A DNA stretch of 38,374 nucleotides from a virus. Below the pieces are notes generated by a model. It worked only from the letters and a program-made list of their open reading frames with translations. It was not told the origin of the DNA and did no database searches. Shown piece after piece: positions 6,957-16,649 of the stretch. Made by a program: the position numbers and the translations under genes. The stretch covers positions 1 through 38,374 of IMG/VR virus record IMGVR_UViG_3300045988_093617. One strand, given 5' to 3'. Within the stretch, counting starts at the first letter, position 1, and each line of letters starts with the position of its first letter.

Positions 6957-7409
6957 TCACCTCCTAATACTTAAATTGTTCATTTCTAATTTTCCATATA
7001 TTGTTATCGCTCTAAAGTCTATATATAGAGTTACTTCCTCAAACCTAACCTTAAATTCTTCCAGCCTTATGATGTAAGCTTCCAAGGCTCTTTTGATTGC
7101 TTCTTTGACAAATCTTTCCGCCTCTGAATTGACATAACCTTGAGTGTAGGCTTGACCTATAAGAGTTTCTAACTCGTGACCATAGGACCAAGGGAAAACT
7201 ACCCAACGGTACCTTTCCGACATAAACAACTTCCAGAGTTTAACCTTCAAAGCCTCGTTTTCATAGACAAAGTACATCTTCCCGTCCTTTGTCTTAAATC
7301 TTGCCCTGTCCATATCATAGGCATATTCCTTAGCTATTGGCACTTCTATAAAGTTTTTTCTCACAAGCTGCGGATCCATAAAAGGATAAAAATCTGCCAT
7401 ACTTACCAC
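6957..7409 (-). CDS. XkdS-like (DUF2634) baseplate protein, 150 aa
   Basis: Called by synteny (P-Q-R-S-T order of PBSX) and size. Confidence 0.45.
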   Translation of the reverse strand: MVSMADFYPFMDPQLVRKNFIEVPIAKEYAYDMDRARFKTKDGKMYFVYENEALKVKLWKLFMSERYRWVVFPWSYGHELETLIGQAYTQGYVNSEAERFVKEAIKRALEAYIIRLEEFKVRFEEVTLYIDFRAITIYGKLEMNNLSIRR

Positions 7410-7783
7410 CTCGCTATTTTATAGATGACATAGAGAGTTTGCTTATCCTTGGACTGTAAGCAAGCCACCAAGTCCCCAGCTTTTAACTCGTCTTTGAAGA
7501 TGATTTTTGCCTTTGGAAAGCCACCTTGTACGTGGGAATCTCCCCTGCTGTCACTGCCAGTTAAAGGTGCCATAGGGATCTCTATTTCCCTTTCATGACC
7601 CTTGACCCAATATTCGTCTAATTTTATGTTTTTCTTTTTATAGTCGATGTCCCTAACCTTAACTACTAAGTCAGGTAGAGGACTTATGACCTCTCCAGTC
7701 TCACAGTAGGGTAATACCTCAATTTCTGGACTTGGGTCAAATAATTTCACAATTTCTTGTGCCCCATTTTGTTTTTCTTGCAT
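7403..7783 (-). CDS. XkdR-like (DUF2577) baseplate protein, 126 aa
   Basis: Called by synteny and size. Confidence 0.45.
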   Translation of the reverse strand: MQEKQNGAQEIVKLFDPSPEIEVLPYCETGEVISPLPDLVVKVRDIDYKKKNIKLDEYWVKGHEREIEIPMAPLTGSDSRGDSHVQGGFPKAKIIFKDELKAGDLVACLQSKDKQTLYVIYKIARW

Positions 7784-7785
7784 TT

Positions 7786-9165
7786 TTAACCCCCTACATA
7801 TCTATAAGCCTTTGAAAACTTTCGGCCACTTGCTTTTGAAATACAGACTCCACTATATCCAAGGATCCTCTTACTAACTCCGCCAGACTCAATTATTCTC
7901 GAGGCATCATACTGCATGGCTACGTGTCCTTTTTGCCAGAGGACATCACCAGGTTGCCTTTGGTCAAATGGTATTTCTACAAAGCCTAAAGCCTTTGGAT
8001 TGCTTCTTATCCCTGCTGATGTAATTCTACCTGGTATATTTGCCCCTGCTTGTTTATATGCCCAGGTTACGAAGCCAGAGCAGTCTACACCAGTCTTAGG
8101 GTCAGTTCCACCCCACTTATAGTGAGTGCCTTTGATTGACTCACCAATTTGAATTGCCTTTTGTGCAGTACTTCCAGAAGCAGCCATTGGTGTAGTCTTC
8201 ATTGGTGATGTTGATTCTGTTGATTCTGTTGAAGTGTCGATATCCTCCATGACGTTGTCATAGGACAACTCCAAGTCCACTACGTGGTAATTGTTGGAAA
8301 AGGTGTGTTTATCAGAAGTGATATAAAATTTGCCATTAAGACCAGTAAAAGGCTCCTTGATAATGACTGCATTACCTGTAATCAAGTCAAAGTCCCCTTT
8401 AACTCTTACACTTGCAGTCCTTTCTATATCCTTTAGCATACCTTTGGCTCTTGCTTGTGGATCCTCGTCTTTTTCTTGGCGGTAGACCTCTACAATTCCA
8501 TCCTCAACATCATTGGTAACCTCGCCGATTGGCTTGCCTTCGGTGTCAAACATCTTAACCTTAGATACAACATTTTCAGAGTTTTCTCCGTAAGTTGCAT
8601 TATATAAATTACTTTTTCCATCAAGTACATACTTAGCAACAATCTTACCTTGCTCTACTATGTCAACTGCTCCGTTGTTCATACGTATCATATAAGGCTT
8701 GCCAGTCTTTTCATTTTCTATTTTGTAGGCTGTAAAGACGATATTATAGATTGTTTCAAGGTCAAACTTTCTGTCTATTGGACTTCCTGATTCTGCTTTT
8801 CCTACGCTTAGTCCTATGGATCCAAAGGCTTCTCTTGCTATAGCATCAGGTGTCTTTTTTTCAAAATTAAAAGTTCCCTTGCTCTTATTTGCAAGTATCA
8901 ACTTATCAAGACAAGTTACTGACATTATATTGCTATCTATGGATTTTTCCTTGCTAAAGACAAATCCATCAAATAAGACTATTCCGTCATTATTAATGAG
9001 TTGTACCTTTGCGTTCATCGGGACTGTGATTTTTGGTAGGTTTTTGTCAGTACCGCTAACAACCACCCCAAAATCTAATTGCCTTGCAGCTTGTCCTTTA
9101 TCTCCACCCCAAGTGACCTCATTGTAAAATTGGGAAATATCCTTGCCGTTAAGTATTAGTTTCAT
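7786..9165 (-). CDS. XkdQ/gpD-like baseplate hub protein fused to C-terminal NlpC/P60 peptidoglycan endopeptidase, 459 aa
   Basis: C-terminal about 125 aa: HYKWGGTDPKTGVDCSGFVTWAY (catalytic Cys) ... GDVLWQKGHVAMQYD (His). It is joined by a TSTESTESTSPMKTTP linker. Confidence 0.7.
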   Translation of the reverse strand: MKLILNGKDISQFYNEVTWGGDKGQAARQLDFGVVVSGTDKNLPKITVPMNAKVQLINNDGIVLFDGFVFSKEKSIDSNIMSVTCLDKLILANKSKGTFNFEKKTPDAIAREAFGSIGLSVGKAESGSPIDRKFDLETIYNIVFTAYKIENEKTGKPYMIRMNNGAVDIVEQGKIVAKYVLDGKSNLYNATYGENSENVVSKVKMFDTEGKPIGEVTNDVEDGIVEVYRQEKDEDPQARAKGMLKDIERTASVRVKGDFDLITGNAVIIKEPFTGLNGKFYITSDKHTFSNNYHVVDLELSYDNVMEDIDTSTESTESTSPMKTTPMAASGSTAQKAIQIGESIKGTHYKWGGTDPKTGVDCSGFVTWAYKQAGANIPGRITSAGIRSNPKALGFVEIPFDQRQPGDVLWQKGHVAMQYDASRIIESGGVSKRILGYSGVCISKASGRKFSKAYRYVGG

Positions 9166-9782
9166 AGCTTGATACCCTTTCCAGCAATTAACTTTTTAAG
9201 ACCACTTTGTTTTAGGAGTTGCTTTCCATTTTTACCATTTCCAGTGATTTTTTTGCCTAAGGTCCAAAGTGTGTCATATTTCCCAATGGTCAAAAGTGCC
9301 GCAGTAGGTGCCACCAGTCCAACAAATCGTTTAATGTCATTTGCTTTGATGGTCCTTTTTATCTCTGGTGGCTCATACTCTGTGGCTTCTATTCTTACAT
9401 ACTCACTAAGGCTAAGACTGTAATAGACATCGCCAGTTCCGTCCTGTTCTCCACTTGTATAACTGTCAATTAAGACTTCAAAGTTATGTGGAGTTTCTGT
9501 AATTATTAGTCTTATAGGCTCGTCAGAGTTTGCCCAACTTCTTATCTTATCGTCATAGTAAAAGGGATCTAAGACGGCATCACTCGACTCCAAAAAGTCA
9601 TATTCCTTGCTTGGGAAAAAACTCTCTATTGTAAGACTTCTAAGACCTTTCTTGCCTTTAAGATTTACAGTTCCCACCTCGTTAAGAGTCTCGGTATTGT
9701 TATTCTGTGACTCCTCTATGTTATAAAAAGGAGTGATTGGGAGCCTCAATCTCTCGCCTTTATGTGTTAACCATACTTCCAT
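9162..9782 (-). CDS. XkdP-like tail protein with C-terminal LysM-like motif, 206 aa
   Basis: Lies directly after the tape measure. C-terminal YDTLWTLGKKITGNGKNGKQLLK is LysM-like. Confidence 0.5.
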   Translation of the reverse strand: MEVWLTHKGERLRLPITPFYNIEESQNNNTETLNEVGTVNLKGKKGLRSLTIESFFPSKEYDFLESSDAVLDPFYYDDKIRSWANSDEPIRLIITETPHNFEVLIDSYTSGEQDGTGDVYYSLSLSEYVRIEATEYEPPEIKRTIKANDIKRFVGLVAPTAALLTIGKYDTLWTLGKKITGNGKNGKQLLKQSGLKKLIAGKGIKL

Positions 9783-11881
9783 TAAGTTAAGCCCCCAATC
9801 CTATTTTGTTTAGCAATTTTTAACTTGTTTGCTATGCCATTAACTATCCTGTCTATGTCGGCATCTTCTCTTACTACCACTTGGTCAGCTATCTTAGGGA
9901 TTGTAATTGTGATATTGTTATTCTTGGTATTGCCCATCTTGTAGGCTTCGGCAACTGATTTATCATGTGGCATAACTCGACTACCTCTTGGCAAGTCAAC
10001 AATTTCTCCGCCTCTTTCGTGAACTTGTACCAGTCCACCGCTCCAAAAGTTTGTACCCTTGGCAAGTTGAGGTATTAGTGGGATATTGATTCCCTTGCCC
10101 CCAATTGCTGGCACCCAGTCAGGCACTTGGATTTTATTAAGTCCACCAATACCACGGTTGATAAAGCTTATAACCCCGTTCATTACTGATTTTACAAGAG
10201 TTTTAACTCCACCGAAAATGGACTTAAAAGCACCAACTACACCATTCCAGGCACTGTTCCAAGCACCTAAAAAAGTGCCAGTTATAAAAGAAATGATACT
10301 GTTAAATAGTTTTTTTGCACTATCAATAAAGCCTTTTATAACCTCGACAATGTGATTAAACACATTACCTGCGACCTCTTTGAAGTGGTTAAAACCGTTA
10401 ACTACTGCGCTTATAACCTTAGTAACTACAGGTTTAATTTTTTTCCAGTTAACAATTAGTAGTACTACTGCCGCAATAACTGCCATTATCGCCCAACCTA
10501 CTGGTCCAAGTCCGATAACAAACTTACCTATGGATAAGGCTCCTTTTCCTACAAACTTGCTTAGTTTAGCAAATCCACCAACCATCTTACCTATTCCAGT
10601 ACCACCAAACCACTTAGTTATACCGCCAGCCTTGCCAACTGCCTTGGCAAAGTCAAATAACTTAAAATTAACCTTACCTGCAAGTTTAAAGACCTTGCCA
10701 AATCCGATTAGCATTGGTCCCATTGCCGCCGCCATACCCAACCACTTAACTATGTTTTGTTTCTGTTTATCTGATAAACCAGCAAACCACTTAGTAAGTT
10801 GTTGTACTTTTCCAATCGCTTTTTCTATAAGTGGTCCCCAGATACCAGCTGAGGCATCAAAGAGATCAGCCCCTGCAACCTTTAAGCCATTAAATAACCT
10901 TTTAAAATTGTCTATTGGATCCAATGTCTCGTCAAAGGTAGCAGATACAGATCCCTTAGCTAATTCTGCCGCATTGGCAAAACTCTTAAAGTCTAAGGCT
11001 CCACGATTTATGGCATCAAGCATAAAAGTTGCTCCCTTTGAGCCAAAATACTTACTTGCTATATTTACTTTCTCGATGTCTGACCCTGCTCCATCAAGTT
11101 GTTTTTGTAGGTCCTTAAGTCCCTCGCTTAGTCCCTTGCCATCCTTAGCAAAGGCAACTTGCGCCTTAGACATATAGGACATGGTCCTACCTGTATCAAT
11201 ACCAGATTTTTCCAAGTTACCCATAAGGGCAGTAGCTTGTGCAAAGTCTAATTTAAGGCTCTTAAGTTGTGGTGCTCCTCTTACAAGAGCATCAAAAAGC
11301 TTGTCAGTGCCTTGACCCGTATCTTGTGCGGTCTTAGTAACTGCATCTAAGACCTTGTCTAAGTCCTTACTCTCAACTCCAAGTGCTGACATTGCCTGTT
11401 TAGCTTGGATTGATGCTTGGGATATATCTTGTCCATTGATCTTAGAAAACTTAATCATGTTTTCGGAGGCATCTTCTAAGGCTTTGCCTGTAAATCTAAA
11501 TTGGGTATTTACTTCGCCCACTGCATCTCCTATTTCTTGGAGGTCTGCTGGCACCTTATTGGCTAAATTTTTAAATGTACCCTCAAAGGCTTTCATATCC
11601 TTGCCAGTTGCACCAGTTTTTGTAGCTATGGTGTCAAGTGCATCGTCCACTTCTTTCCAGGCTTTAGTGCTTAATGCACCTATGGCAACTATTGGAGCAG
11701 TAACTCCCTTAGTCATGGTCTTACCAAGACCTTCCATACTTTTACCAGTTGCCCAAAGGCTTTTGCCAGTCTGCTTATAGTGACTCTCAAACTTGGTCAA
11801 GTGCCTATCTACAGTTTCAAGAGGCTTGGAAAACTTGTCTACAAGTCGCAAAGTTGCATCATATATTTTACTTTTCGCCAT
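9782..11881 (-). CDS. Tail tape measure protein, 699 aa
   Basis: Long helical protein with Gly-rich hydrophobic segments (MAAAMGPMLIGFG, GWAIMAVIAAVVLLIV). It follows the frameshifted chaperone. Confidence 0.85.
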   Translation of the reverse strand: MAKSKIYDATLRLVDKFSKPLETVDRHLTKFESHYKQTGKSLWATGKSMEGLGKTMTKGVTAPIVAIGALSTKAWKEVDDALDTIATKTGATGKDMKAFEGTFKNLANKVPADLQEIGDAVGEVNTQFRFTGKALEDASENMIKFSKINGQDISQASIQAKQAMSALGVESKDLDKVLDAVTKTAQDTGQGTDKLFDALVRGAPQLKSLKLDFAQATALMGNLEKSGIDTGRTMSYMSKAQVAFAKDGKGLSEGLKDLQKQLDGAGSDIEKVNIASKYFGSKGATFMLDAINRGALDFKSFANAAELAKGSVSATFDETLDPIDNFKRLFNGLKVAGADLFDASAGIWGPLIEKAIGKVQQLTKWFAGLSDKQKQNIVKWLGMAAAMGPMLIGFGKVFKLAGKVNFKLFDFAKAVGKAGGITKWFGGTGIGKMVGGFAKLSKFVGKGALSIGKFVIGLGPVGWAIMAVIAAVVLLIVNWKKIKPVVTKVISAVVNGFNHFKEVAGNVFNHIVEVIKGFIDSAKKLFNSIISFITGTFLGAWNSAWNGVVGAFKSIFGGVKTLVKSVMNGVISFINRGIGGLNKIQVPDWVPAIGGKGINIPLIPQLAKGTNFWSGGLVQVHERGGEIVDLPRGSRVMPHDKSVAEAYKMGNTKNNNITITIPKIADQVVVREDADIDRIVNGIANKLKIAKQNRIGGLT

Positions 11882-12457
11882 ATAAGTCCTCCAATTCCTT
11901 TTGTTCTTTCTCTAACTCTTCAATTTCCCTAAGAAAAAATGCCCTGGTGATTACTTTTTCTCCATAGGGCATCTTAAGGTACTTATAGGGACTCCAACCC
12001 TTTTCTTTATACAGCCAGTAAGCGGTCTGCACTTGTGGATTGGAGTCTATGAGTTTTTTACTTTACTTTCTTCGTCCTCGTATCCTGATAGGTCCTCAAT
12101 GGCGCCTGAAAGGATATCCATTTCTCCAGATAACATCAACTTTTCTACAAGTTCGTTAGGTGTTTTTGCACCAAATTTCTTTTGTAGGTCTTGGTTTTTA
12201 AAGACATCAGGGCAACCCTCTACGATAGTTCTTAGCTGTGCTTGGTATCTTACCAGGTTAACCTTGGCACTGTTGCCCTTACGCATTGTAATATCCATCA
12301 TATTCTCGGCAATTTCTCCTGCAAGGGCAGGGTCTAAAGCTTGGATAGGGAAAATAAATTCTTCCCCACCCAGTTTATTTAGTCTTATTTTCTTTTCGCT
12401 TTTTGGCATTTGCACCTTGCCAGCATCAAATTGCATTAATTTTTCTACTGCGTTCAT
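11868..12457 (-). CDS. Tail assembly chaperone, long form made by -1 programmed frameshift
   Basis: After a slip at A_AAA_AAC, the -1 frame stays open for 64 codons (..KKLIDSNPQVQTAYWLYKEKGWSPYKYLKMPYGEKVITRAFFLREIEELEKEQKELEDLYGEK). It stops at 11868-11870, overlapping the tape measure start. Confidence 0.6.
12047..12457 (-). CDS. Tail assembly chaperone (XkdN-like), short form, 136 aa
   Basis: ORF track. Sits between the tube and tape measure genes, with an acidic C-terminus. Confidence 0.65.
   Translation of the reverse strand: MNAVEKLMQFDAGKVQMPKSEKKIRLNKLGGEEFIFPIQALDPALAGEIAENMMDITMRKGNSAKVNLVRYQAQLRTIVEGCPDVFKNQDLQKKFGAKTPNELVEKLMLSGEMDILSGAIEDLSGYEDEESKVKNS
12053..12059 (-). promoter_or_regulatory. 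-1 ribosomal slippery heptamer A_AAA_AAC
   Basis: Minus strand reads GTA AAA AAC TCA TAG. The heptamer ends 3 nt (one codon, TCA) before the zero-frame stop. Confidence 0.6.
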
Positions 12458-12461
12458 CTCA

Positions 12462-12899
12462 TCACTCCTCTATAAAGTCATATAGTTCATAGTGTCTAAA
12501 ATTAAATGGTAAGTTTTCTTCAAGATCCTTAGCATGTTCAAAATCAAGTAGTGTTAATTCTGTGAAAGTAACATTTTTAAACATGATTCTTTCCGCTCCT
12601 AAAGCTGTTGGATCATCTAACTTACCCATGATTTTAACTACAGGTGTTCTACCTGCTTGAAGTTTCTCGTGCATAAGCCTTAAGCCTACACTTGAATATT
12701 TACCGATAACGATTGAGCCTGTTCCTTCTAATTCAAGTAGTTTCTTGCCCTTCCAAAGGTCTCTCGGTCTAACTACATCTGCGTAGGACATAGAAACTTT
12801 AGCATCAAACTTCTTGAGGGTTGCCATGTATTCGTCATCAATCCAAATTTCGCCGAAACTTCCGTTAATTATTTGTTCGTCTTGTATATCTCTTTTCAT
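12462..12899 (-). CDS. Tail tube protein (XkdM-like), 145 aa
   Basis: Size and position right after the sheath gene. The N-terminus INGSFGEIWIDDEY is typical of XkdM-type tubes (recollection). Confidence 0.7.
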   Translation of the reverse strand: MKRDIQDEQIINGSFGEIWIDDEYMATLKKFDAKVSMSYADVVRPRDLWKGKKLLELEGTGSIVIGKYSSVGLRLMHEKLQAGRTPVVKIMGKLDDPTALGAERIMFKNVTFTELTLLDFEHAKDLEENLPFNFRHYELYDFIEE

Positions 12900-12910
12900 T
12901 GTTTCACCCC

Positions 12911-14020
12911 CTAAATTGCTACATCAAGTTCAATTTCTTCGATGGCATCAAGGATTTTACAGTAAGCCTTTAAAAAGACCTTATCTTTCGTGTCGGCTTC
13001 TTTAATTTCCTTAAGATCCATTTCGTCAACAGTTCTTTTGTCAATTGTTTCAAATCCCATTGACTTTAAAAAGGCTTTTTGTGCTTCGATGTTAATTTCT
13101 ACATGAGATGATCCTTTAGCAAGCAGCCCGTCATTTTCAAGAATTTCCATGTAACCCTTAATTGCTGACATTAAAAGTACCTTATTGTCATAACTATTGG
13201 CATACTTACCGATATAAGAATCTTGAGCCGCCCATTGGATGTCATCTGCCATGGCATCCATGATATCTACTATCTTAATTTTCCTAAAGGATTCTCCCTC
13301 GATTTGGCTTGTAGTTACAAGAGAATTAACTCCTCTTGCTACCTTGATTTTTTCGCCGTCATTTAAAAGTACAAATTCACCCTTGCCAATTTTTTGACCT
13401 ATCTCCTCTTGGGTATAATGAGTACAAGCCTTAAGCTCAGGTAGTGGTGCATAAGTACAAGCTATTTGCATTGGTGTACCTGCTATAAGACCTGCAATTC
13501 TTGATGTATATTCATTTGTCTTATATTCTTTTTCCTTTGTGCTTACACTCGGCATTGTGAAATTGATAATCTTTTTGTTATCAGCATTTACATTAGCTGC
13601 GACAAATTTACATCTCTTGTCTTTGTTATCATTAAGTGTTTTTATCCAAGTTGCTATCTTTTCACTGTCTGTTTCGTCTGCAAATGGCACTGCAAGATAG
13701 TCCCATCTTAGGGTTTCAAGCATTTTAAATGCTTCAGTAGTTACATCAAATTTAGGATTGTCAGCAGTTTCTGATTGTTCAACTACTACAATTAGTTTTT
13801 TTGGTGTCTTTTGATAGCCTATAAGTGCTAACTCAACTTGTTCTCTGTTCTTTTCAGATAGTTCTTTGGGTATATCAGATGCTGTATAGATGTCATAAGT
13901 CCCCTTCATTTGTTTTTCTTGGAGGACTAAGGCAACGATACCTCTTATGCTTCTACCAATTCTGGCAATTCCTTGCTCTGTAAAGCGTATGTGTAGATAT
14001 GGTAAGCCTAATTTAGCCAT
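12911..14020 (-). CDS. Contractile tail sheath protein (XkdK-like), 369 aa
   Basis: Size, position and N-terminal MAKLGLPYLHIRF...GIVALVL as in the phage sheath family. Confidence 0.8.
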   Translation of the reverse strand: MAKLGLPYLHIRFTEQGIARIGRSIRGIVALVLQEKQMKGTYDIYTASDIPKELSEKNREQVELALIGYQKTPKKLIVVVEQSETADNPKFDVTTEAFKMLETLRWDYLAVPFADETDSEKIATWIKTLNDNKDKRCKFVAANVNADNKKIINFTMPSVSTKEKEYKTNEYTSRIAGLIAGTPMQIACTYAPLPELKACTHYTQEEIGQKIGKGEFVLLNDGEKIKVARGVNSLVTTSQIEGESFRKIKIVDIMDAMADDIQWAAQDSYIGKYANSYDNKVLLMSAIKGYMEILENDGLLAKGSSHVEINIEAQKAFLKSMGFETIDKRTVDEMDLKEIKEADTKDKVFLKAYCKILDAIEEIELDVAI

Positions 14021-14447
14021 TTATATCTCCCCTTTCGTATTTCATTTGTATTTCTTTCATAAGTTCGTAATTTACAGTATTTTTTAATTTATCCACGTAA
14101 AATCCAAGTTCAAAGGTGAAAAATAGGGCATTATCCTCTATATACCAAGAATTATTGGTAATTAGTAGGTATAGGTCATCAATCTTTAAGCTATAATTAA
14201 AGATTTCAGATAATTTATCCCCGATTTCCATAAGTGAGTTTTTGTCTGCTTTTTGATACTGGACTACTACTCCATAGTTAACATAATCGTTTGTATTTGA
14301 GTAGGATTCCCTTTCAAAAGTTTCAAAATAGACAAAAAAATAAGACTCCTTAAAGTCTTGTTGTGCCTCACTATTTAATACTTTTGCCTTAAAATTCTCG
14401 TGGATTTTCTTTGTGATACCTCTTTTGAGGTCTTTTCCTTTTATCAT
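14013..14447 (-). CDS. Hypothetical virion protein (XkdJ position), 144 aa
   Basis: Lies between the HK97 gp10-like gene and the sheath gene. No motif recognised. Confidence 0.45.
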   Translation of the reverse strand: MIKGKDLKRGITKKIHENFKAKVLNSEAQQDFKESYFFVYFETFERESYSNTNDYVNYGVVVQYQKADKNSLMEIGDKLSEIFNYSLKIDDLYLLITNNSWYIEDNALFFTFELGFYVDKLKNTVNYELMKEIQMKYERGDING

Positions 14448-14881
14448 CCAAACACCTCATCAAAGAGTTCATCTATCATTTTTTCTTGCTCTGCGATTAT
14501 CTCTGGACCTAACTGAGCCATCTTCTTTTTATAGAAAAATTTACCCTCTACATAGTCTTTGCCTTTTTTCTCTTTCGGATTTCCTCTTCTGCCTACCTTA
14601 TGGCCACGTTCAACTACACCAAATATTGGTGATTTATTTCTAATTCTTTTGATGTAGATCCCTTGTTCTTTTACTGTCGGTTCAGCAGTCCATTTTCCTT
14701 TTAATCTTTCACTTGGTTTCTTTTTTAAGTTAGATACTGGAGTGGCAGACTTTAACTCTTTTACAACTTTTTTCCCAAGCTTGTCATACCTATCTATGAT
14801 TAAGCCTGGTGCTTTTTTCTCCAAGAGCCTTAACTTGTCTGCAAACTTGTCCAGTCCTTTAATTTCTGTTAACTGTGCCAT
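14444..14881 (-). CDS. HK97 gp10-like head-tail joining protein, 145 aa
   Basis: Position and general resemblance to the HK97 gp10 family. Confidence 0.5.
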   Translation of the reverse strand: MAQLTEIKGLDKFADKLRLLEKKAPGLIIDRYDKLGKKVVKELKSATPVSNLKKKPSERLKGKWTAEPTVKEQGIYIKRIRNKSPIFGVVERGHKVGRRGNPKEKKGKDYVEGKFFYKKKMAQLGPEIIAEQEKMIDELFDEVFG

Positions 14882-15207
14882 AGGACCACCACTTCCATAT
14901 ACCTATTTTGGACTGTAGGTTCTATAAAAGGTGCGATGTAGATGATTTCTGCCCTTATTCCGTTAAATTCTACATAGTCATTAACTTCGATGTCATTTCT
15001 CTTTCGCATTTTAAACCTGTAAGTCATTTCACTTTCAGATTTTCTATTTTGCAAAAATTCTCTTCCCGTTGTAGGTATGAGTTCAACCCAATCCTTACAA
15101 ATAAGCTTGGGTTTTTGTTCATATTCTCCCACATCATTTAAGACATCTTCGGTTTCTGACCTATCGTAAAACTCAACCTTTACTCGGTTTCTTCCTGGGT
15201 TATACAT
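14869..15207 (-). CDS. Head closure / head-tail adaptor protein, 112 aa
   Basis: Called from position and size. N-terminus NRVKVEFYDRSETEDVLNDVGEYEQKPK... is typical of SPP1 gp16-like adaptors. Confidence 0.55.
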   Translation of the reverse strand: MYNPGRNRVKVEFYDRSETEDVLNDVGEYEQKPKLICKDWVELIPTTGREFLQNRKSESEMTYRFKMRKRNDIEVNDYVEFNGIRAEIIYIAPFIEPTVQNRYMEVVVLWHS

Positions 15208-15484
15208 TTACATCACCATACTCTAATTGAGTTATCATACTTCTTACGATGTAGTTCATTTCAAGGTTTTGTCCCATCATATATCTTTCATCATATAGGT
15301 TTTGTATGATTACGAGTTTAACTATTTCAGCCCTTGCCTTAAAGTGGTCATTTTCTTTTTTCTTAAGATAATCAGTTACTCCAGCTATAAGATAATCTTC
15401 GGCTACCTGCATTAAGCTTGTCAGATAGCCGTCATCATCATCGTATGTTACTCGCAGATAGTTTTTTACTTCTTCAAGGGTCAT
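15200..15484 (-). CDS. gp6-like head-tail connector protein, 94 aa
   Basis: N-terminal LEEVKNYLRVTYDDDDGYLTSLMQVAEDYL motif of the gp6/QLRG-type connector family. Confidence 0.6.
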   Translation of the reverse strand: MTLEEVKNYLRVTYDDDDGYLTSLMQVAEDYLIAGVTDYLKKKENDHFKARAEIVKLVIIQNLYDERYMMGQNLEMNYIVRSMITQLEYGDVNV

Positions 15485-15502
15485 AATTTACCCCCTTTTT
15501 GT

Positions 15503-16633
15503 TTAGGCAACTGTTGTTTCTGGGATTGTTAGGTAGATAACTGCCTCATCATCAACTACTTTTACGTCAAATCTTTCAATTACTCTTAGTAGAGTTGCAT
15601 TTTTTGTAAATCCAGCTTCAGTAGATCTTGCTATTTCAACACCTTTTCTGTCATAGAAGTTGACAAATTCTGCAAAGTCACCAACATAGAATGGGAATTT
15701 CTTAGCATCTTGAGGTAGAATTTCGTCAGCTAATGGCAAAATTCTCTTACCTTTGAATAGTTTTTTACTGGGATCTGATAAGTCGGTAGTTAATAGTGGT
15801 CTTCCGTTTTTGTCTTCAAGTTTGTCAAGGTAGTCAAAACCTGATTGGTTAGTAACTATAACTGCTGTGTTGGCAATTGCAGGATCTAATTTAACGTTTA
15901 AAGCTGTTATTAAGTCTTTGTAGTCTTTACCAGTTACTTTAGTCTTAACAGTCTTTAATAGTTTTAAGATTTCAGCGTTTTCAGTGTTTACTGCTTTCTT
16001 AACAAAGTTAGATCCAATAATTTCTACAAGTGGTAGGTTAGTATCTTCAAGTAGTGTATTAGATACTGGAATAATATCTCCATAATCTTTTACTTCCCAA
16101 GATTGTTGAGCGAATGTAATTTCAGATTGTCCGATTTCTGTAAGTTCTTCAAAATTAGTTAAAAGTCCCTTTTGGTCTGTTGCTACTGGGAATTTACCAG
16201 ACATTGTGTTTACAGATACCACATTACAGTAATCTTTTAGGGCAATTTGAGTTCTTCTAAGTTCTTTTAAAGTGTTTGCTTGTTCTTCTGGTACTAAATA
16301 TCCACCCTTTTCTGGTGTGTGTTCTACTTGACCTGGAGTTCCAATGTTGTAAACTTCCATTTCAGCTTCAGTCACTGGTTTACCCATTACAAGCTTGTTA
16401 AATACCTTGTTTACATCGATATCAGCTTTAGGAGTTCCCACTTCCTTGCCATTTTCTACGATGTTCTTAAATTCTTCTTTTTCTTCTTCAAGGGCTATTT
16501 CAAGTTCTTTTCTTGCTTGGTTTAAAAGTTCAATTTTTGCATGTGCTTCATCAAGCTTTCCTTGTTCTTGAAGGGCTTTCATATCATTTTTGATATTCAC
16601 GATTTTGTTCTTAATTTCTACGCTTTTTAACAT
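15503..16633 (-). CDS. Major capsid protein, HK97 family, 376 aa
   Basis: N-terminal coiled-coil delta-like domain, then a capsid-sized body. It follows the protease. Confidence 0.8.
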   Translation of the reverse strand: MLKSVEIKNKIVNIKNDMKALQEQGKLDEAHAKIELLNQARKELEIALEEEKEEFKNIVENGKEVGTPKADIDVNKVFNKLVMGKPVTEAEMEVYNIGTPGQVEHTPEKGGYLVPEEQANTLKELRRTQIALKDYCNVVSVNTMSGKFPVATDQKGLLTNFEELTEIGQSEITFAQQSWEVKDYGDIIPVSNTLLEDTNLPLVEIIGSNFVKKAVNTENAEILKLLKTVKTKVTGKDYKDLITALNVKLDPAIANTAVIVTNQSGFDYLDKLEDKNGRPLLTTDLSDPSKKLFKGKRILPLADEILPQDAKKFPFYVGDFAEFVNFYDRKGVEIARSTEAGFTKNATLLRVIERFDVKVVDDEAVIYLTIPETTVA

Positions 16634-16649
16634 ATTTTTACCTCTTTTC

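Noticed and set aside
8212-8229. 9-bp tandem repeat TGATTCTGT x2 in the hub gene.
   Set aside because: It simply encodes the STESTEST linker between the hub and the NlpC/P60 domain. It is too short to call a VNTR or regulatory repeat.
10380-11177. Long plus-strand ORFs (265 aa here; also 11355-11780, 10086-10355, 12033-12485, 8816-9127) antisense to tail genes.
   Set aside because: They give low-complexity Pro/Ser/Leu-rich translations, have no RBS, and lie fully inside well-supported minus-strand genes. These are typical shadow ORFs.
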